DNA of 64,000 nucleotides from Candidatus Dojkabacteria bacterium (GCA_026415655.1 JAOAGR010000002.1:5-64004); one strand, 5' to 3'; positions 38,492 to 49,226 are shown, counted from the stretch's first letter. A program made the numbers and translations. The notes: generated by a model not told the origin, from the sequence alone.

Positions 38492-40024
38492 GTGTATAGT
38501 AAAGTATATAGTGCTATTGCTTATGGTTTGTCTGCTCAGCTTGTTAGTATAGAAGTTGATATAATTTCTTCACAGCTGCCGGGTTTTTCTATTGTAGGTT
38601 TACCAGATAAATCTGTGCAAGAATCAAAAGACAGAGTTATATCTGCAATAAAGAATTCTGGATTTGATTTTCCAAGAAAGAAAATCGTTATAAATTTGGC
38701 TCCTGCTGATAAGCTAAAAGTTGGTGCCTTTTATGATTTGCCGATAGCGATTTCTATATTGAAAGCAACAAATCAAATAGATACATTGATTGATCTTGAT
38801 AAACTAATATTTTTGGGTGAACTTTCTTTGGATGGTACTTTACGTGCAACGGATGGGGTATTACCAATAAGTCTTCACTTAAGAGAATTAGGTGATTTTG
38901 ATGGTATAGTCTTGCCATATGATTCTGCGAACGAAGCAGCGATTGTTAAGACACATAATGTATATGGTTTTAAACATATAAAAGATCTGATAGAAGCAAT
39001 AAATAGTAACGAATTAAACAATTATAAGCATATATACAGAGAAGATGAGGAAGAACAGAATTACCAATATCTTTTTGAACATATTGTAGGACAAGAAGAA
39101 ATGAAGAGAGCTTGCCTTATAGGAGTTGCGGGAAATCATAATATGTTATTTGTTGGTAGTCCAGGAGCGGGTAAAACAATGGTTGCTAAGTGCATACCTT
39201 CGATCTTACCCGAGATGAGTGAAGATGAAATGATTGAAGTAACTAAAATTTATTCTTCTGCTGGACTTTTGGAAAATAAATCTTTGATTAAGAAAAGACC
39301 TTTTCGATCACCTCATCACACTTCTTCTGTTGTTTCTATTATTGGTGGTGGACGTATACCAAGGCCTGGTGAGTTGACACTTGCACACCGTGGTGTTTTG
39401 TTTTTTGACGAACTTACTGAGTTTCCTGTCTCAGCTATAGAAGCTTTACGACAACCATTAGAAGATAGATGTGTGACAATTTCTCGAGTTAATGCTACGT
39501 TTAAGTTTCCTGCTAACTTTATTTTTGTTGGAGCGATGAATCCTTGTAAATGCGGATGGTATGGGGATGCCGAAAGACAATGTACATGTTCGTCAGTTGA
39601 GATAGAAAGGCATAGAAAAAAAATATCCGGACCTATTATGGATAGAATTGACCTGCAGGTATGGGTACGTAGAGTACCCACACAGACTATAGCTTCATCC
39701 CAAAATAATATAAATACTAAATACACCTCTGCAAATATGCTTGATACTGTACGACGTGTTAGAAAAATGCAATTGGAAAGATATAATAAAGAAAACTTCA
39801 CAACAAATTCAGAGATACCAAGTAGTAAAGTAGACAAATACTGTAAAATGAATGATGATGCTAAAAGTATTTTGTTAAACTTTATGAATAAAAATAATTT
39901 GTCTATGCGTTCATATTTCAAAATTTTGAAAGTTGCTTTGACTATAAATATGATAGAAAATAGAGGAGAGGTTATAAATAAAGAATCTGTCCTAGAAGCT
40001 ATAAAATATAGAATAACTATATGA
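38492..40024 (+). CDS. YifB/ComM-family Mg-chelatase-like AAA+ ATPase
   Basis: 510 aa; N-terminal Lon-protease-like ribosomal-S5-domain-2-type fold, Walker A GSPGAGKT, C-terminal ChlI-like region. Confidence 0.88.
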   Translation: MYSKVYSAIAYGLSAQLVSIEVDIISSQLPGFSIVGLPDKSVQESKDRVISAIKNSGFDFPRKKIVINLAPADKLKVGAFYDLPIAISILKATNQIDTLIDLDKLIFLGELSLDGTLRATDGVLPISLHLRELGDFDGIVLPYDSANEAAIVKTHNVYGFKHIKDLIEAINSNELNNYKHIYREDEEEQNYQYLFEHIVGQEEMKRACLIGVAGNHNMLFVGSPGAGKTMVAKCIPSILPEMSEDEMIEVTKIYSSAGLLENKSLIKKRPFRSPHHTSSVVSIIGGGRIPRPGELTLAHRGVLFFDELTEFPVSAIEALRQPLEDRCVTISRVNATFKFPANFIFVGAMNPCKCGWYGDAERQCTCSSVEIERHRKKISGPIMDRIDLQVWVRRVPTQTIASSQNNINTKYTSANMLDTVRRVRKMQLERYNKENFTTNSEIPSSKVDKYCKMNDDAKSILLNFMNKNNLSMRSYFKILKVALTINMIENRGEVINKESVLEAIKYRITI

Positions 40025-42915
40025 AGCTTAAAAATAGAAAAACAAAACAGGATCATAATTTGATATCTAAATGGCTAGATTTAGTTTCCAAAAGAAATAA
40101 AGTTTTGAATAGAAATATTGGAAGAATAAGACTATCGAATACTAAAGATGCCAATAGAAAGATATTAAAAAGAAAAATATTAAATATATTGGGTAAATTT
40201 ATGATTTTTTTCACGGTATTTCTTCTATTAGGTTTACTTTTTGTTGTATTGGGTGTTTTGACTATAATCAGCGCATATTCTAGGGACTTGCCAGATGTTG
40301 ATCAGTATCTGGCTAATATAAATAAAACCCTAGGTAAAGAAACTATTATTGTTGATCGTAATGGTACAGAGGTTTATCGACTAAGAGGTGATATTGTTTC
40401 AGAAAGGTTTACTTTAGATGAAGCGCCACCGCTTTTACAGTGGGCTTTTAAAGCTGCCGAGGATAAATATTTTGATGATCATAATGGATTAGATGTTTTT
40501 GGATTATCCCGAGCTTTGCTGTGTATAGGAGAGAATTATTTAAATGGAAAAAGAAGTTATGACGGATGCCCTGGCGGTAGTACGATCACACAACAGTTAA
40601 TTAAAAATGTTACAGGTAACAATGCGACAACTGTTCAGCGCAAGGTGCAGGAAGCGGTACTTGCCATGAATCTAGAGAACGAATTCGGATCTGAAGGAAA
40701 AGATAAGATTTTAGAATACTATATGAATATTGTTTCTATGGGTGGTGTCTATACTGGTGCTAAAGTTGGTGCTAAAAATTTATTTGGCAAAGAGATGAAA
40801 GATTTAACTCTAGCGGAGATGTGTTTTATAGCAGGTATTCCTCAAAGGCCTAATGTTTTATCGCCGCGTGGTAGTGGATATAACATAGATGCATCAAAGA
40901 GTAGAGCAAAGTACGTTCTAAATAATTTATATGAAATTCGAGATAAAGTAAAAAAATATACAGGAGTGGAACTGACAGATGATTTATATAACCTGACATT
41001 GCAAGAGATAGAAAATATTCAGTTTCAACCGGATAAAAAAATTGACATCAAGGCACCTCACTATGTAAACACCGCTCTTGAAGATATAGAAGAGAAAAAG
41101 ATATTTGCTGATAGGTCTCCTAATGGTTCAAGTATCAATTTTTTGAAGAGTGCAGGTTATAAAATCGTTTTAGCCTTGGATTTACCCACACAAGATTTAT
41201 TGCAAAAATACATATATGAGGGAGTTTCAAATAAAGAATTCCAGGATGCAACATATGCCCAAAATGCAGCAGGTGTGATAATGGATCCAAATACTGGTGA
41301 GGTTTTAGCAATGGTTGGGTCCAAAGATTTTTTCGCTAAGAGTGATGACAAAAGATTTGCGCCCGAATTTAATGCAGCAACTGCTTATAGACAACCAGGA
41401 TCATCATTGAAGCCAATTTTATATGGAGCTATGTTTACAAAAGGATTTAATCCTAGTTCTGTATTGCCTGATATACCAATGAATCTCTCAGGAAATAGAA
41501 ATGCTTCAGGCATTTGGCCATACAACTATAATCGTAGATTCGGTTCATACACTGATACTGTAAATACTGGTAAGGCGGATTTTATTAGTGTCAGACATGC
41601 TCTCAAATTTTCTTTGAACATGCCTGCTGCCGCTGCTTATCATATTGCTGGTAGCGATACAATGGTCGATTTGTATACTAAACTTTCAGGAAACCCAGTT
41701 GCGGGAGCAAACTTTGGTAATCCTTCCTCGGTTATTGGCGCTGCCTCTGTACGTGTAATTGATCAGGCACAAGCGTATTCCACAATTGCTGCAGGTGGCA
41801 TTTATAGAGAGAAGAAATATATTTTAGAAATATATGATGATAAAGGTAATCTAGTTTATGATAATAAGGAAGTTGTTGATAAAAGAGTATTGGATGAAAG
41901 ATACGCGTTCTTAATCAATGATATATCAAAAGAGCCCATACATCTTTCAAGACCATTTTATGTACAGCTAAGAAATGAAGGTATAGACTTCAGATCTAAA
42001 ACTGGTACATCTGATGGAGAAAAAGGACCTCCAGATATTTATATTTATGGTTATACACCGGATCGCACTATCGTTTTGTGGGGTGGAAATAGTTGTTCTG
42101 GCTATGAATGTCCACTAAAGCCAACAGCTCTTTCTGATCATTTAAATAGATATATCCTTGAACCCTTTTTAGCTGCTTATAAGGATAAGCTTGGAAAAAG
42201 AAAATTTACACCACCAAGTGGAGTTACAAAAGTATCGTTATGTTCTTTGACCGGTAATAGTATGAGTGATGATTGTCTATTAGCCGGAGGAAAAGAGGTA
42301 CAAGATTTTGTTGTCGGTAAGGCACGGGATGAATATATGATAGATGTTGCTATGGTAGTGCCATGTCCTGTCGATTATAAATTAGCTCGTGAAGTGGATA
42401 TGAATCTAGGAATCGCAGAAAAGAAAGGTTATGTTAATTTCCATAAAATGTTTCCACAAAAATTCATTTCGGATCAAATTTTATCCTACTTACAATCTAA
42501 GGGTATGGTCAAACCAGATCAAGAATGTGATATAGAACGAACTATTAATCCAACACAGATAAATATTATCAGCCCGACTGCAAATTCTACATTTACAAAG
42601 GGAACTAGTATTAATGTGAATTACACTATTACTTCCGATATACCTCTGCAAAAAAAAGAATTATTTATAAATTCTGTTCTTTATCAGAATCTTGATAATC
42701 TTTCTGGAACTGTAGAAATATCTACAGCTGATTTGCCCCTTGGTAGTAATACGATCACTATTGTTGTTACCGAGAAGGATGGCAAGGAGGTGGAAAAATC
42801 AGTTAATATAGTCATACAATCTATGAGTACGCCAACACCTAGTCGCACACCTACTGCCGCTGCCATATATCAGTCTTCTCATACTTATTGGATATCTGGT
42901 ACTGTATTAGTATGA
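40021..42915 (+). CDS. class A penicillin-binding protein (GT51 transglycosylase + transpeptidase) with long C-terminal extension
   Basis: 964 aa; N-terminal TM, GT51 motifs (EDKYFDDHNGLDVFGLSRAL, GGSTITQQLIKN), transpeptidase region, extra ~180 aa C-terminal beta-rich domain and TPTPSRTPT linker. Confidence 0.88.
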   Translation: MKLKNRKTKQDHNLISKWLDLVSKRNKVLNRNIGRIRLSNTKDANRKILKRKILNILGKFMIFFTVFLLLGLLFVVLGVLTIISAYSRDLPDVDQYLANINKTLGKETIIVDRNGTEVYRLRGDIVSERFTLDEAPPLLQWAFKAAEDKYFDDHNGLDVFGLSRALLCIGENYLNGKRSYDGCPGGSTITQQLIKNVTGNNATTVQRKVQEAVLAMNLENEFGSEGKDKILEYYMNIVSMGGVYTGAKVGAKNLFGKEMKDLTLAEMCFIAGIPQRPNVLSPRGSGYNIDASKSRAKYVLNNLYEIRDKVKKYTGVELTDDLYNLTLQEIENIQFQPDKKIDIKAPHYVNTALEDIEEKKIFADRSPNGSSINFLKSAGYKIVLALDLPTQDLLQKYIYEGVSNKEFQDATYAQNAAGVIMDPNTGEVLAMVGSKDFFAKSDDKRFAPEFNAATAYRQPGSSLKPILYGAMFTKGFNPSSVLPDIPMNLSGNRNASGIWPYNYNRRFGSYTDTVNTGKADFISVRHALKFSLNMPAAAAYHIAGSDTMVDLYTKLSGNPVAGANFGNPSSVIGAASVRVIDQAQAYSTIAAGGIYREKKYILEIYDDKGNLVYDNKEVVDKRVLDERYAFLINDISKEPIHLSRPFYVQLRNEGIDFRSKTGTSDGEKGPPDIYIYGYTPDRTIVLWGGNSCSGYECPLKPTALSDHLNRYILEPFLAAYKDKLGKRKFTPPSGVTKVSLCSLTGNSMSDDCLLAGGKEVQDFVVGKARDEYMIDVAMVVPCPVDYKLAREVDMNLGIAEKKGYVNFHKMFPQKFISDQILSYLQSKGMVKPDQECDIERTINPTQINIISPTANSTFTKGTSINVNYTITSDIPLQKKELFINSVLYQNLDNLSGTVEISTADLPLGSNTITIVVTEKDGKEVEKSVNIVIQSMSTPTPSRTPTAAAIYQSSHTYWISGTVLV

Positions 42916-42936
42916 GTTTTTTAAATTACTTTTCAT

Positions 42937-43887
42937 ATGCTAAAAGAGATAGACATCGAAGAATATAAAAAAAAATCAAGTCCTAAAACCTTTTTGCAAG
43001 AATATTATTGGGCTCAATTAAAATCATTGTATGGTTATCAAGTTAGATTTTTTGAGTATATACCTGGTGATAAATATCAAAGTAATTTTTATTTTTTCTG
43101 TCTAATAAAATATAAATTTGGATTTAGTGTAGCTTATGTACCAAGAGTTGCTAATATATTTACAAATAAGGATCAAATTCAAAGATTTATAGATTGTATA
43201 AAGAATAAGTTTTTTGTTACACTAATAGAATTTGATAACTTGCCAGATGCTTGTATGAAATATCTTGATTTTTCTAAAAAAGATATACAGCCGTCAACAA
43301 CCTTTATTACTCCGATTGACAAAGACTTTGACATAAGTTCAATAAAAAACAAAGTCGCACGAAAAAATATTAGAAAATCAACTGAAAATGCGGAAAAGTT
43401 TGGATGGAGATTTGAAGTAAACAAAAAACTTAACGACAAAGATCTTAATATGTTTTATAAGCATTATCTTAATATGACAACTTTAAAAGGTTACAATAAG
43501 AGAGAAATAGAATATTTTCAAAGACTGCAGGAGATTATAGATGAGAGTATTTGGTATGTTTTATATGATCATGAAAATAAACTGATTATGGCAAATTATG
43601 CAATTCTTCATGAAAAAACAAAAACAAATTACTTGTTATACGTGGCAAGAGATATGAATCTTGATAAGTATGAAATATCCTATTTTCTTATGTATCAAAT
43701 TTTTTTATATCTAAGAGATATTGGTTATCAATATTGTGACCACTGGGGATATGATCTGAAAGATCCTCGAAAATATGGTTATAGCAAATTTAAGGAACAG
43801 TTTGGTGGAATAGTAAAAAACTATCCCAAACCAATAGTTGTTGGTAAAGTTGATATATTAAGTAAATTCTTATCTATCCTAACGTGA
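42937..43887 (+). CDS. FemAB-family peptidyltransferase (peptidoglycan interpeptide-bridge formation)
   Basis: 316 aa; N-terminal FLQEYYWAQLK motif resembling FemX/FemAB FLQSxEW, and double GNAT-like size. Confidence 0.55.
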   Translation: MLKEIDIEEYKKKSSPKTFLQEYYWAQLKSLYGYQVRFFEYIPGDKYQSNFYFFCLIKYKFGFSVAYVPRVANIFTNKDQIQRFIDCIKNKFFVTLIEFDNLPDACMKYLDFSKKDIQPSTTFITPIDKDFDISSIKNKVARKNIRKSTENAEKFGWRFEVNKKLNDKDLNMFYKHYLNMTTLKGYNKREIEYFQRLQEIIDESIWYVLYDHENKLIMANYAILHEKTKTNYLLYVARDMNLDKYEISYFLMYQIFLYLRDIGYQYCDHWGYDLKDPRKYGYSKFKEQFGGIVKNYPKPIVVGKVDILSKFLSILT

Positions 43888-43908
43888 ATATGATAAAATA
43901 TTTTAGTT

Positions 43909-44508
43909 GTGAAAAAATATAAAGATTACAAAGACGATTTAGATAAAAAATTTAGAAAAAATAGAGAAATTAAAGCTAATTATGTAAGATTAGTAGATGA
44001 ACAAGGTAATTTTGTTGGAGAGTTATCTATAAGTGAAGCCTTGAATAAGGCAGAGGAACTAGATCTGGACTTGGTAGAGGTTGCGCCAAACGCAAATCCA
44101 CCAGTTTGTAAAATTATTGATTGGAATAAGTTTAAATACGAATATAGCAAAAAACAGAAAAATATTCAGAAATCAGCCGGTGCAAAAGTGAAAGAGGTGA
44201 GATTTAAGTTGGGTACGGGTAAGGCCGAAATTGATATGAAAATTAAAAATATTAATAAATTTTTGCAAGAAAAAAATAGAGTAAAAATAGTTTTACAGTT
44301 ACGAGGAAAGCAACAGTATTTCCCGAGTAATATTGAAATTGCAAAGCAGAAAGTAAATGATATAATAAATCAGATTACAGTTAATCACCAATTAGAAAAT
44401 GAGATAAAAGTGGAAGGTAAAAATATTTGTGCTATAATAAGGCCATTACTAAAAAAAATAATTTATGGGAAAAATAAGAGTACACAAAGCAAGTGCGAAG
44501 CGTTTTAA
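43909..44508 (+). CDS. infC: translation initiation factor IF-3
   Basis: 199 aa; ANYVRLVDEQGNFVG ... DLDLVEVAPNANPPVCKIID N-domain and C-domain; probable GTG start. Confidence 0.9.
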   Translation: MKKYKDYKDDLDKKFRKNREIKANYVRLVDEQGNFVGELSISEALNKAEELDLDLVEVAPNANPPVCKIIDWNKFKYEYSKKQKNIQKSAGAKVKEVRFKLGTGKAEIDMKIKNINKFLQEKNRVKIVLQLRGKQQYFPSNIEIAKQKVNDIINQITVNHQLENEIKVEGKNICAIIRPLLKKIIYGKNKSTQSKCEAF

Positions 44509-44668
44509 GATCACTTCTAGTGGTAATTTAAAATACAAACCGTCCGGATGGGGACATTTGAAGGCTAAGAAAGATGCAAGGATAAAATATAGAAAAACTA
44601 AGCAAAGAATATTATCTAATGACTCAGAAAAAAGATTAAAAGAATTAATGCAAATTTCAACTAAATAA
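44465..44668 (+). CDS. rpmI: 50S ribosomal protein L35
   Basis: 67 aa; MGKIRVHKASAKRFKITSSG matches L35 N-terminus; 44-nt overlap with infC. Confidence 0.85.
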   Translation: MGKIRVHKASAKRFKITSSGNLKYKPSGWGHLKAKKDARIKYRKTKQRILSNDSEKRLKELMQISTK

Positions 44669-44679
44669 AAAGACTTATT

Positions 44680-45027
44680 ATGAGAGTTAAAGCGGGCACA
44701 AATACACGAAGAAGACATAAAAAAATATTGAAATCTGTAAAAGGGTATGTACGCGCTAGATCAAAATTGTATAAAGTAGCGAAAGAGAGTTATCTTCATG
44801 CCGGTCAATATTCTTTTGCAGGAAGAAAAAAGAGAAAATCAGATTTGCGTAGTTTATGGATTATGCGCCTCAACGCTGCATTGAGAAATCATGGTGTTTC
44901 TTATTCATCTTTTATGAATTTGCTTAAGAAAAATAGCATTGTTCTTAATAGAAAAAGTCTTTCTGAACTAGCTATAAACGAGCCTAACATTTTTTCTCAA
45001 CTAGTTTCCCAAGTAATCACTAAATAA
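44680..45027 (+). CDS. rplT: 50S ribosomal protein L20
   Basis: 115 aa; operon position infC-rpmI-rplT and basic helical L20 sequence. Confidence 0.92.
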   Translation: MRVKAGTNTRRRHKKILKSVKGYVRARSKLYKVAKESYLHAGQYSFAGRKKRKSDLRSLWIMRLNAALRNHGVSYSSFMNLLKKNSIVLNRKSLSELAINEPNIFSQLVSQVITK

Positions 45028-45042
45028 TATAAATAAATATTT

Positions 45043-45531
45043 ATGGATAATGCTGTTAACAATAATAGATATACATTTACGCAAGAAGGCTACGATAAGT
45101 TAAAAGCGGAATTAGAGTATCTAAAAACTGTAGTACGAGAGGAGATTTCAAGAAAGCTTAATGAGGCAGTATCATACGGTGATCTTTCTGAAAATGCTGC
45201 TTATGCTGTTGCTGTAGAGGCTAGAGATGTAAATGAGACAAGAATTGCTGAATTAGAAGAGATACTTGCTAATGCTGTTATTGTTAATTCTCTTTCTAAC
45301 TCTAAAAATGATGTAGATATTGGTTCTGTGGTGACTTTAGAGGATTTATCTAACGGTGAAATAATACAATTTACAGTTGTTGGAACTGGTGAAACAGACT
45401 TTACACAAAAAAGGTTTGGGATAGATAGTCCTATGGTATCCCAAATAATAGGAAAAAAGAAAGGTGATGAAGTACAAGTTAATACTCCAGCTGGTGTGAA
45501 AAAATTCTTGATTAAAAATGTAGAAAATTAA
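45043..45531 (+). CDS. greA: transcription elongation factor GreA
   Basis: 162 aa; coiled-coil N-terminus with acidic tip (YGDLSENAAY) and FKBP-like C-domain. Confidence 0.88.
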   Translation: MDNAVNNNRYTFTQEGYDKLKAELEYLKTVVREEISRKLNEAVSYGDLSENAAYAVAVEARDVNETRIAELEEILANAVIVNSLSNSKNDVDIGSVVTLEDLSNGEIIQFTVVGTGETDFTQKRFGIDSPMVSQIIGKKKGDEVQVNTPAGVKKFLIKNVEN

Positions 45532-45919
45532 TTCGCACTGTATTTGTTATTTAATTGGAATCATTCACCAAATTTGAATTCAAATTCTATATTTGTTTAG
45601 TCAATATTTTGTTAATAATGTAGATTTTTGTAAATTAGTTTTATTTTTTAAGTTTGGTAAGAGATTTATATACTATAAAAAATACATTTGTTTAGCTAAA
45701 TATAAAATTTTACTAAATCTTTAAAATTTATTTTTAGATTAGTTTTTTATAAGTCGTAGTCGTATTACAGATTATTTGTTTTATTTTGAAAAAATATGAT
45801 TAACTAGTCTATCTACTCGTATACTAAAAAAGCAACTAATATTGACTGTTTTGCTAATTTACGTGCATTTAATTATTGTTTAATAAGACATGTTGATAAG
45901 TGAGTAAAGAATAATCAAT

Positions 45920-47281
45920 TTATCTTTTTATAATATATTCTTTTCCCATGTATTTCACTAAAACCTTAGGTATTTTGATACTACCATCTTTTTGCTGATA
46001 ATTTTCTACAATAGCGATGATCATTCGACCAAATGCAATGCCTGTATCATTCGCAGTATAACAATATTCTTTTTCGCCATTAAGTTTTTTTCTATATTTT
46101 ATGTTTAATCTCCTTGCCTGATAGTCTGTAGTATTTGTATTTGTGCCTACCTCCATAAATGTTTGTTGACCTGGTAACCAAACTTCAACATCTGCTTGTT
46201 TTGCTGATGCATTATATCCCATGTCACCAGTACATTTTTCTATTATATGAAACGGCAGCTCCAAATGCTGTAATAACCATTTGTTAATCTCGAGTAACTC
46301 ATCATATATTTCTTCACTTTGTTCAGGTGTACATATAACATCCATTTCTAATTTATCAAATTGGTGCATTCTCTTTAGACCTCTTGTATCTCGTCCCCAA
46401 CTACCAACTTCGGTGCGAAAACAAGGTGTTGTAGCCACTAATTTTAAGGGTAGTTCATCTTCATCAAGTATTTTATCCATTGCATATGCAAAGTTTGGGG
46501 GTTCAGAGCTACCAACAAGAAATAATGATTCTTTTTCTTCTAAATAATCAGATTTAATTTCATAAGCTTGATCGCGTCCCTCGGGAAAGTGACTTGTACC
46601 AAAGAGTACGCGTTCTTTTACTAATAAAGGTGGATTAATTGGAGTAAATCCTCTTCTATACAACTCTTCAAGCATGAAGTTCTGTAATGCAAATTGAAGC
46701 TTTACTATATCACCTATAAGATAAGTAAATCTAGCACCAGATACTTTTGCTCCCTGTTTAAAGTCACATAATCTTAATTCTTCCAGAAGATCTAGATGAT
46801 GTTTTCCTTCAAACTCCGTTTCAGAGTGTGGTGGTGTTTTAGGCATGTATTTTGCCGAATCCATATAACCACCTATTTGATTTTTTTCCAATTCACCCAA
46901 ATTGGGAATCCAAGCATATATCTCTGTATTCTCACTATCATCTTTACCTATTTTTACCCCATCCAGTGGAATATTAGGAATCCATGAGAGTATTTCAAAC
47001 CATTCTTTTTCTATGCTTTCAAGAGCTTTCGAGAGTTCTTGTTCTCTCTTTTTTAGGATCTTTCCACGTTCTATGAGAGCTTCATCTTTTTTTGTGGATA
47101 ATATGTTTGCGATTTTATTTCTTTCTTGATTCACAGAGCTGATTTCTGATAATATCTCATTTCTTTGTTGATCTAATGATAATAAACGATCTACGTCTGC
47201 TTTTTGAGGATCTACTTTTCTTAATTTAATGACTTCTTTTACTTTTTGTGGATTATTTCGTATATAGTTTATATCTATCAT
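45920..47281 (-). CDS. serS: seryl-tRNA synthetase
   Basis: 453 aa; N-terminal coiled-coil arm and class II core motifs (FRTEVGS..GRDTRGL.R.HQFDK.E). Confidence 0.92.
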   Translation of the reverse strand: MIDINYIRNNPQKVKEVIKLRKVDPQKADVDRLLSLDQQRNEILSEISSVNQERNKIANILSTKKDEALIERGKILKKREQELSKALESIEKEWFEILSWIPNIPLDGVKIGKDDSENTEIYAWIPNLGELEKNQIGGYMDSAKYMPKTPPHSETEFEGKHHLDLLEELRLCDFKQGAKVSGARFTYLIGDIVKLQFALQNFMLEELYRRGFTPINPPLLVKERVLFGTSHFPEGRDQAYEIKSDYLEEKESLFLVGSSEPPNFAYAMDKILDEDELPLKLVATTPCFRTEVGSWGRDTRGLKRMHQFDKLEMDVICTPEQSEEIYDELLEINKWLLQHLELPFHIIEKCTGDMGYNASAKQADVEVWLPGQQTFMEVGTNTNTTDYQARRLNIKYRKKLNGEKEYCYTANDTGIAFGRMIIAIVENYQQKDGSIKIPKVLVKYMGKEYIIKR

Positions 47282-47290
47282 AATTTTTTT

Positions 47291-47893
47291 TTATTCTGAA
47301 GAATTTAATTCTTCGAGATATTTTTGATATTCTATATCTTTTGACATTATTGTTTCAAGTGCTTGTCGGGTTACATCAGCCTTACTTAAACCGTTTCTTT
47401 TAACGTTCCATTCTAGATATTGATCTATATGTGGGGGTAGGATTAACAAAAACTTTGTTTGCATGAGATTCCTAGCTTCTTCTAAAGCCTCTGATAATCT
47501 CATTTCCAGCGTGCTTGTTGTATATTTTTTTACCAAAAGATATCTTGATGGATTATTTTGTAATGTTTTAATCTGAGCATGAGGTTTAGAAATAGTGTCT
47601 GAATTGTATATGATGATAACTGGCTTTTTATTAGCTATGGAAATCGATGCTTCATACAAGATGTATGTGCTTTTATAAGTATATTCAATAATAACTAAAT
47701 CTGATTTTAATAGGTTTGATTCATTAGATTGAATAATTTTTTTGATTTCAAGTTTATTTATAGGTATTCTTTCTACGATACCAAAACGACGTATTTTTAA
47801 TATATCTCTAATTCTGACTATAGTATCTGATTTGAACTTATAGTTATAAGATAAATATACTTTCATTAGCAGAGTATATAATATAAAATCCAA
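47291..47893 (-). CDS. hypothetical protein (possible Rossmann-like N-domain plus small helical C-domain)
   Basis: 200 aa; no recognisable catalytic motif; lies between serS and asnS in same orientation. Confidence 0.4.
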   Translation of the reverse strand: MDFILYTLLMKVYLSYNYKFKSDTIVRIRDILKIRRFGIVERIPINKLEIKKIIQSNESNLLKSDLVIIEYTYKSTYILYEASISIANKKPVIIIYNSDTISKPHAQIKTLQNNPSRYLLVKKYTTSTLEMRLSEALEEARNLMQTKFLLILPPHIDQYLEWNVKRNGLSKADVTRQALETIMSKDIEYQKYLEELNSSE

Positions 47894-47933
47894 AAAATCC
47901 TCAAATTAGATTATATAGACGCTGATAAAAAAT

Positions 47934-49226
47934 TTATGGATGTAATCTGTTTATCATCCTTGGGAATGGAATTGTGGTTCTTACATGCTTGACGCCAGCA
48001 ATGTATTTTACAAGTCTTTCCAGTCCCAGTCCAAACCCACTATGTGGCACACTTCCATATCTTCTCAAGTCAAAATACCAATCAAATACTTTTGGATCTA
48101 ATCCATATTCTTTTATTCTTCTTTCTAGTAGATCCAAATCATGAATTCTTTGACTTCCACCAATTATCTCACCACAACCCTCTGGTGCTAAAAGATCATT
48201 GCAAAGTACTCTATTGTCTCCTTCCTCAAGGTCGGGTTGCATGTAGAATGCTTTGATCTCCGCAGGCATGTGATGCAATACTATAAATTCATCGTACATG
48301 TTTGTTAAGACAGCCTCCTCATCGGCGCCTATATCAGCTCGTTCATCTAGTGAATAACCGTGTTTATTTAACTCTTTTACTGCATCACGGTGATGCATCC
48401 ATATAAAAGGTTTTAGAGCATTCTCTAGCTTTTTAAGGTCTCTTTCTAGCATTTCAAGTTCGTAAGTACAGTTCTCTAAACAATATTTAACTACATATTT
48501 AATCATTCTTTCCTGTAGCGCGATATTATCTTTCCAGTCATAAAATGCAACCTCAGGTTCTAACATCCAAAATTCTGTAAGATGTCGTCGTGTTTTGGAT
48601 TTTTCTGCACGAAAGGTAGGACCAAATGTATATATTTTTCCAAATGCCATAGCGCCAGCTTCGCCGTGTAATTGGGCACTTTGAGTAAGATAAGCACTTC
48701 TGCCAAAATATTCAACTTCAAATAATGTAGAACCGCCTTCAACCTCATTTGCTGTAAACATTGGACCGTCAAACTTGACAAACCCCTCTTTGTGAAAAAA
48801 TTCATGTAAAGCCCAGATTATTTCTGACCTTATTCTCAATGTTGCAAACTGACTTTTGGACCTTAACCACAAATGCCTTCTATCAAGCAAAAATTTTACC
48901 CCATGTTTCTTTGGCGCTATTGGATAATTATGTGATTCGCTTATTACATTCAAATTACTTAAATTAAGTTCAACACCCATTGGAGAGCGTGCATCTTCTT
49001 TTACAATTCCCGTAACATCAGCAGATGTTTCTATACCAAGTCTATCTATTTCATCAAATTTATCCGTGCCAACTTTGTTTTTTTCTACAACCGCTTGGAC
49101 AAAGCCGGTACCATCTCTCAATATTAAAAATATTATTGATCCAGATGATCTTTTATTAGCTATCCAACCTTTTATTTTAACTTCTTGTCCTATTTGATTT
49201 TTTAATTTATTAATATTGGTTTCCAT
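47934..49226 (-). CDS. asnS: asparaginyl-tRNA synthetase
   Basis: 430 aa; N-terminal OB anticodon-binding domain, class IIb motif 2 FRAEKSKTRRHLTEFWMLEPEVAF very close to AsnRS consensus. Confidence 0.8.
   Translation of the reverse strand: METNINKLKNQIGQEVKIKGWIANKRSSGSIIFLILRDGTGFVQAVVEKNKVGTDKFDEIDRLGIETSADVTGIVKEDARSPMGVELNLSNLNVISESHNYPIAPKKHGVKFLLDRRHLWLRSKSQFATLRIRSEIIWALHEFFHKEGFVKFDGPMFTANEVEGGSTLFEVEYFGRSAYLTQSAQLHGEAGAMAFGKIYTFGPTFRAEKSKTRRHLTEFWMLEPEVAFYDWKDNIALQERMIKYVVKYCLENCTYELEMLERDLKKLENALKPFIWMHHRDAVKELNKHGYSLDERADIGADEEAVLTNMYDEFIVLHHMPAEIKAFYMQPDLEEGDNRVLCNDLLAPEGCGEIIGGSQRIHDLDLLERRIKEYGLDPKVFDWYFDLRRYGSVPHSGFGLGLERLVKYIAGVKHVRTTIPFPRMINRLHP

Noticed and set aside
45571-45586. 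16-nt perfect AT palindrome aatttgaattcaaatt in the greA/serS convergent spacer
   Set aside because: AT-only palindromes of this size are expected by chance in ~30% GC DNA; no G/C-stem plus T-tract typical of intrinsic terminators.
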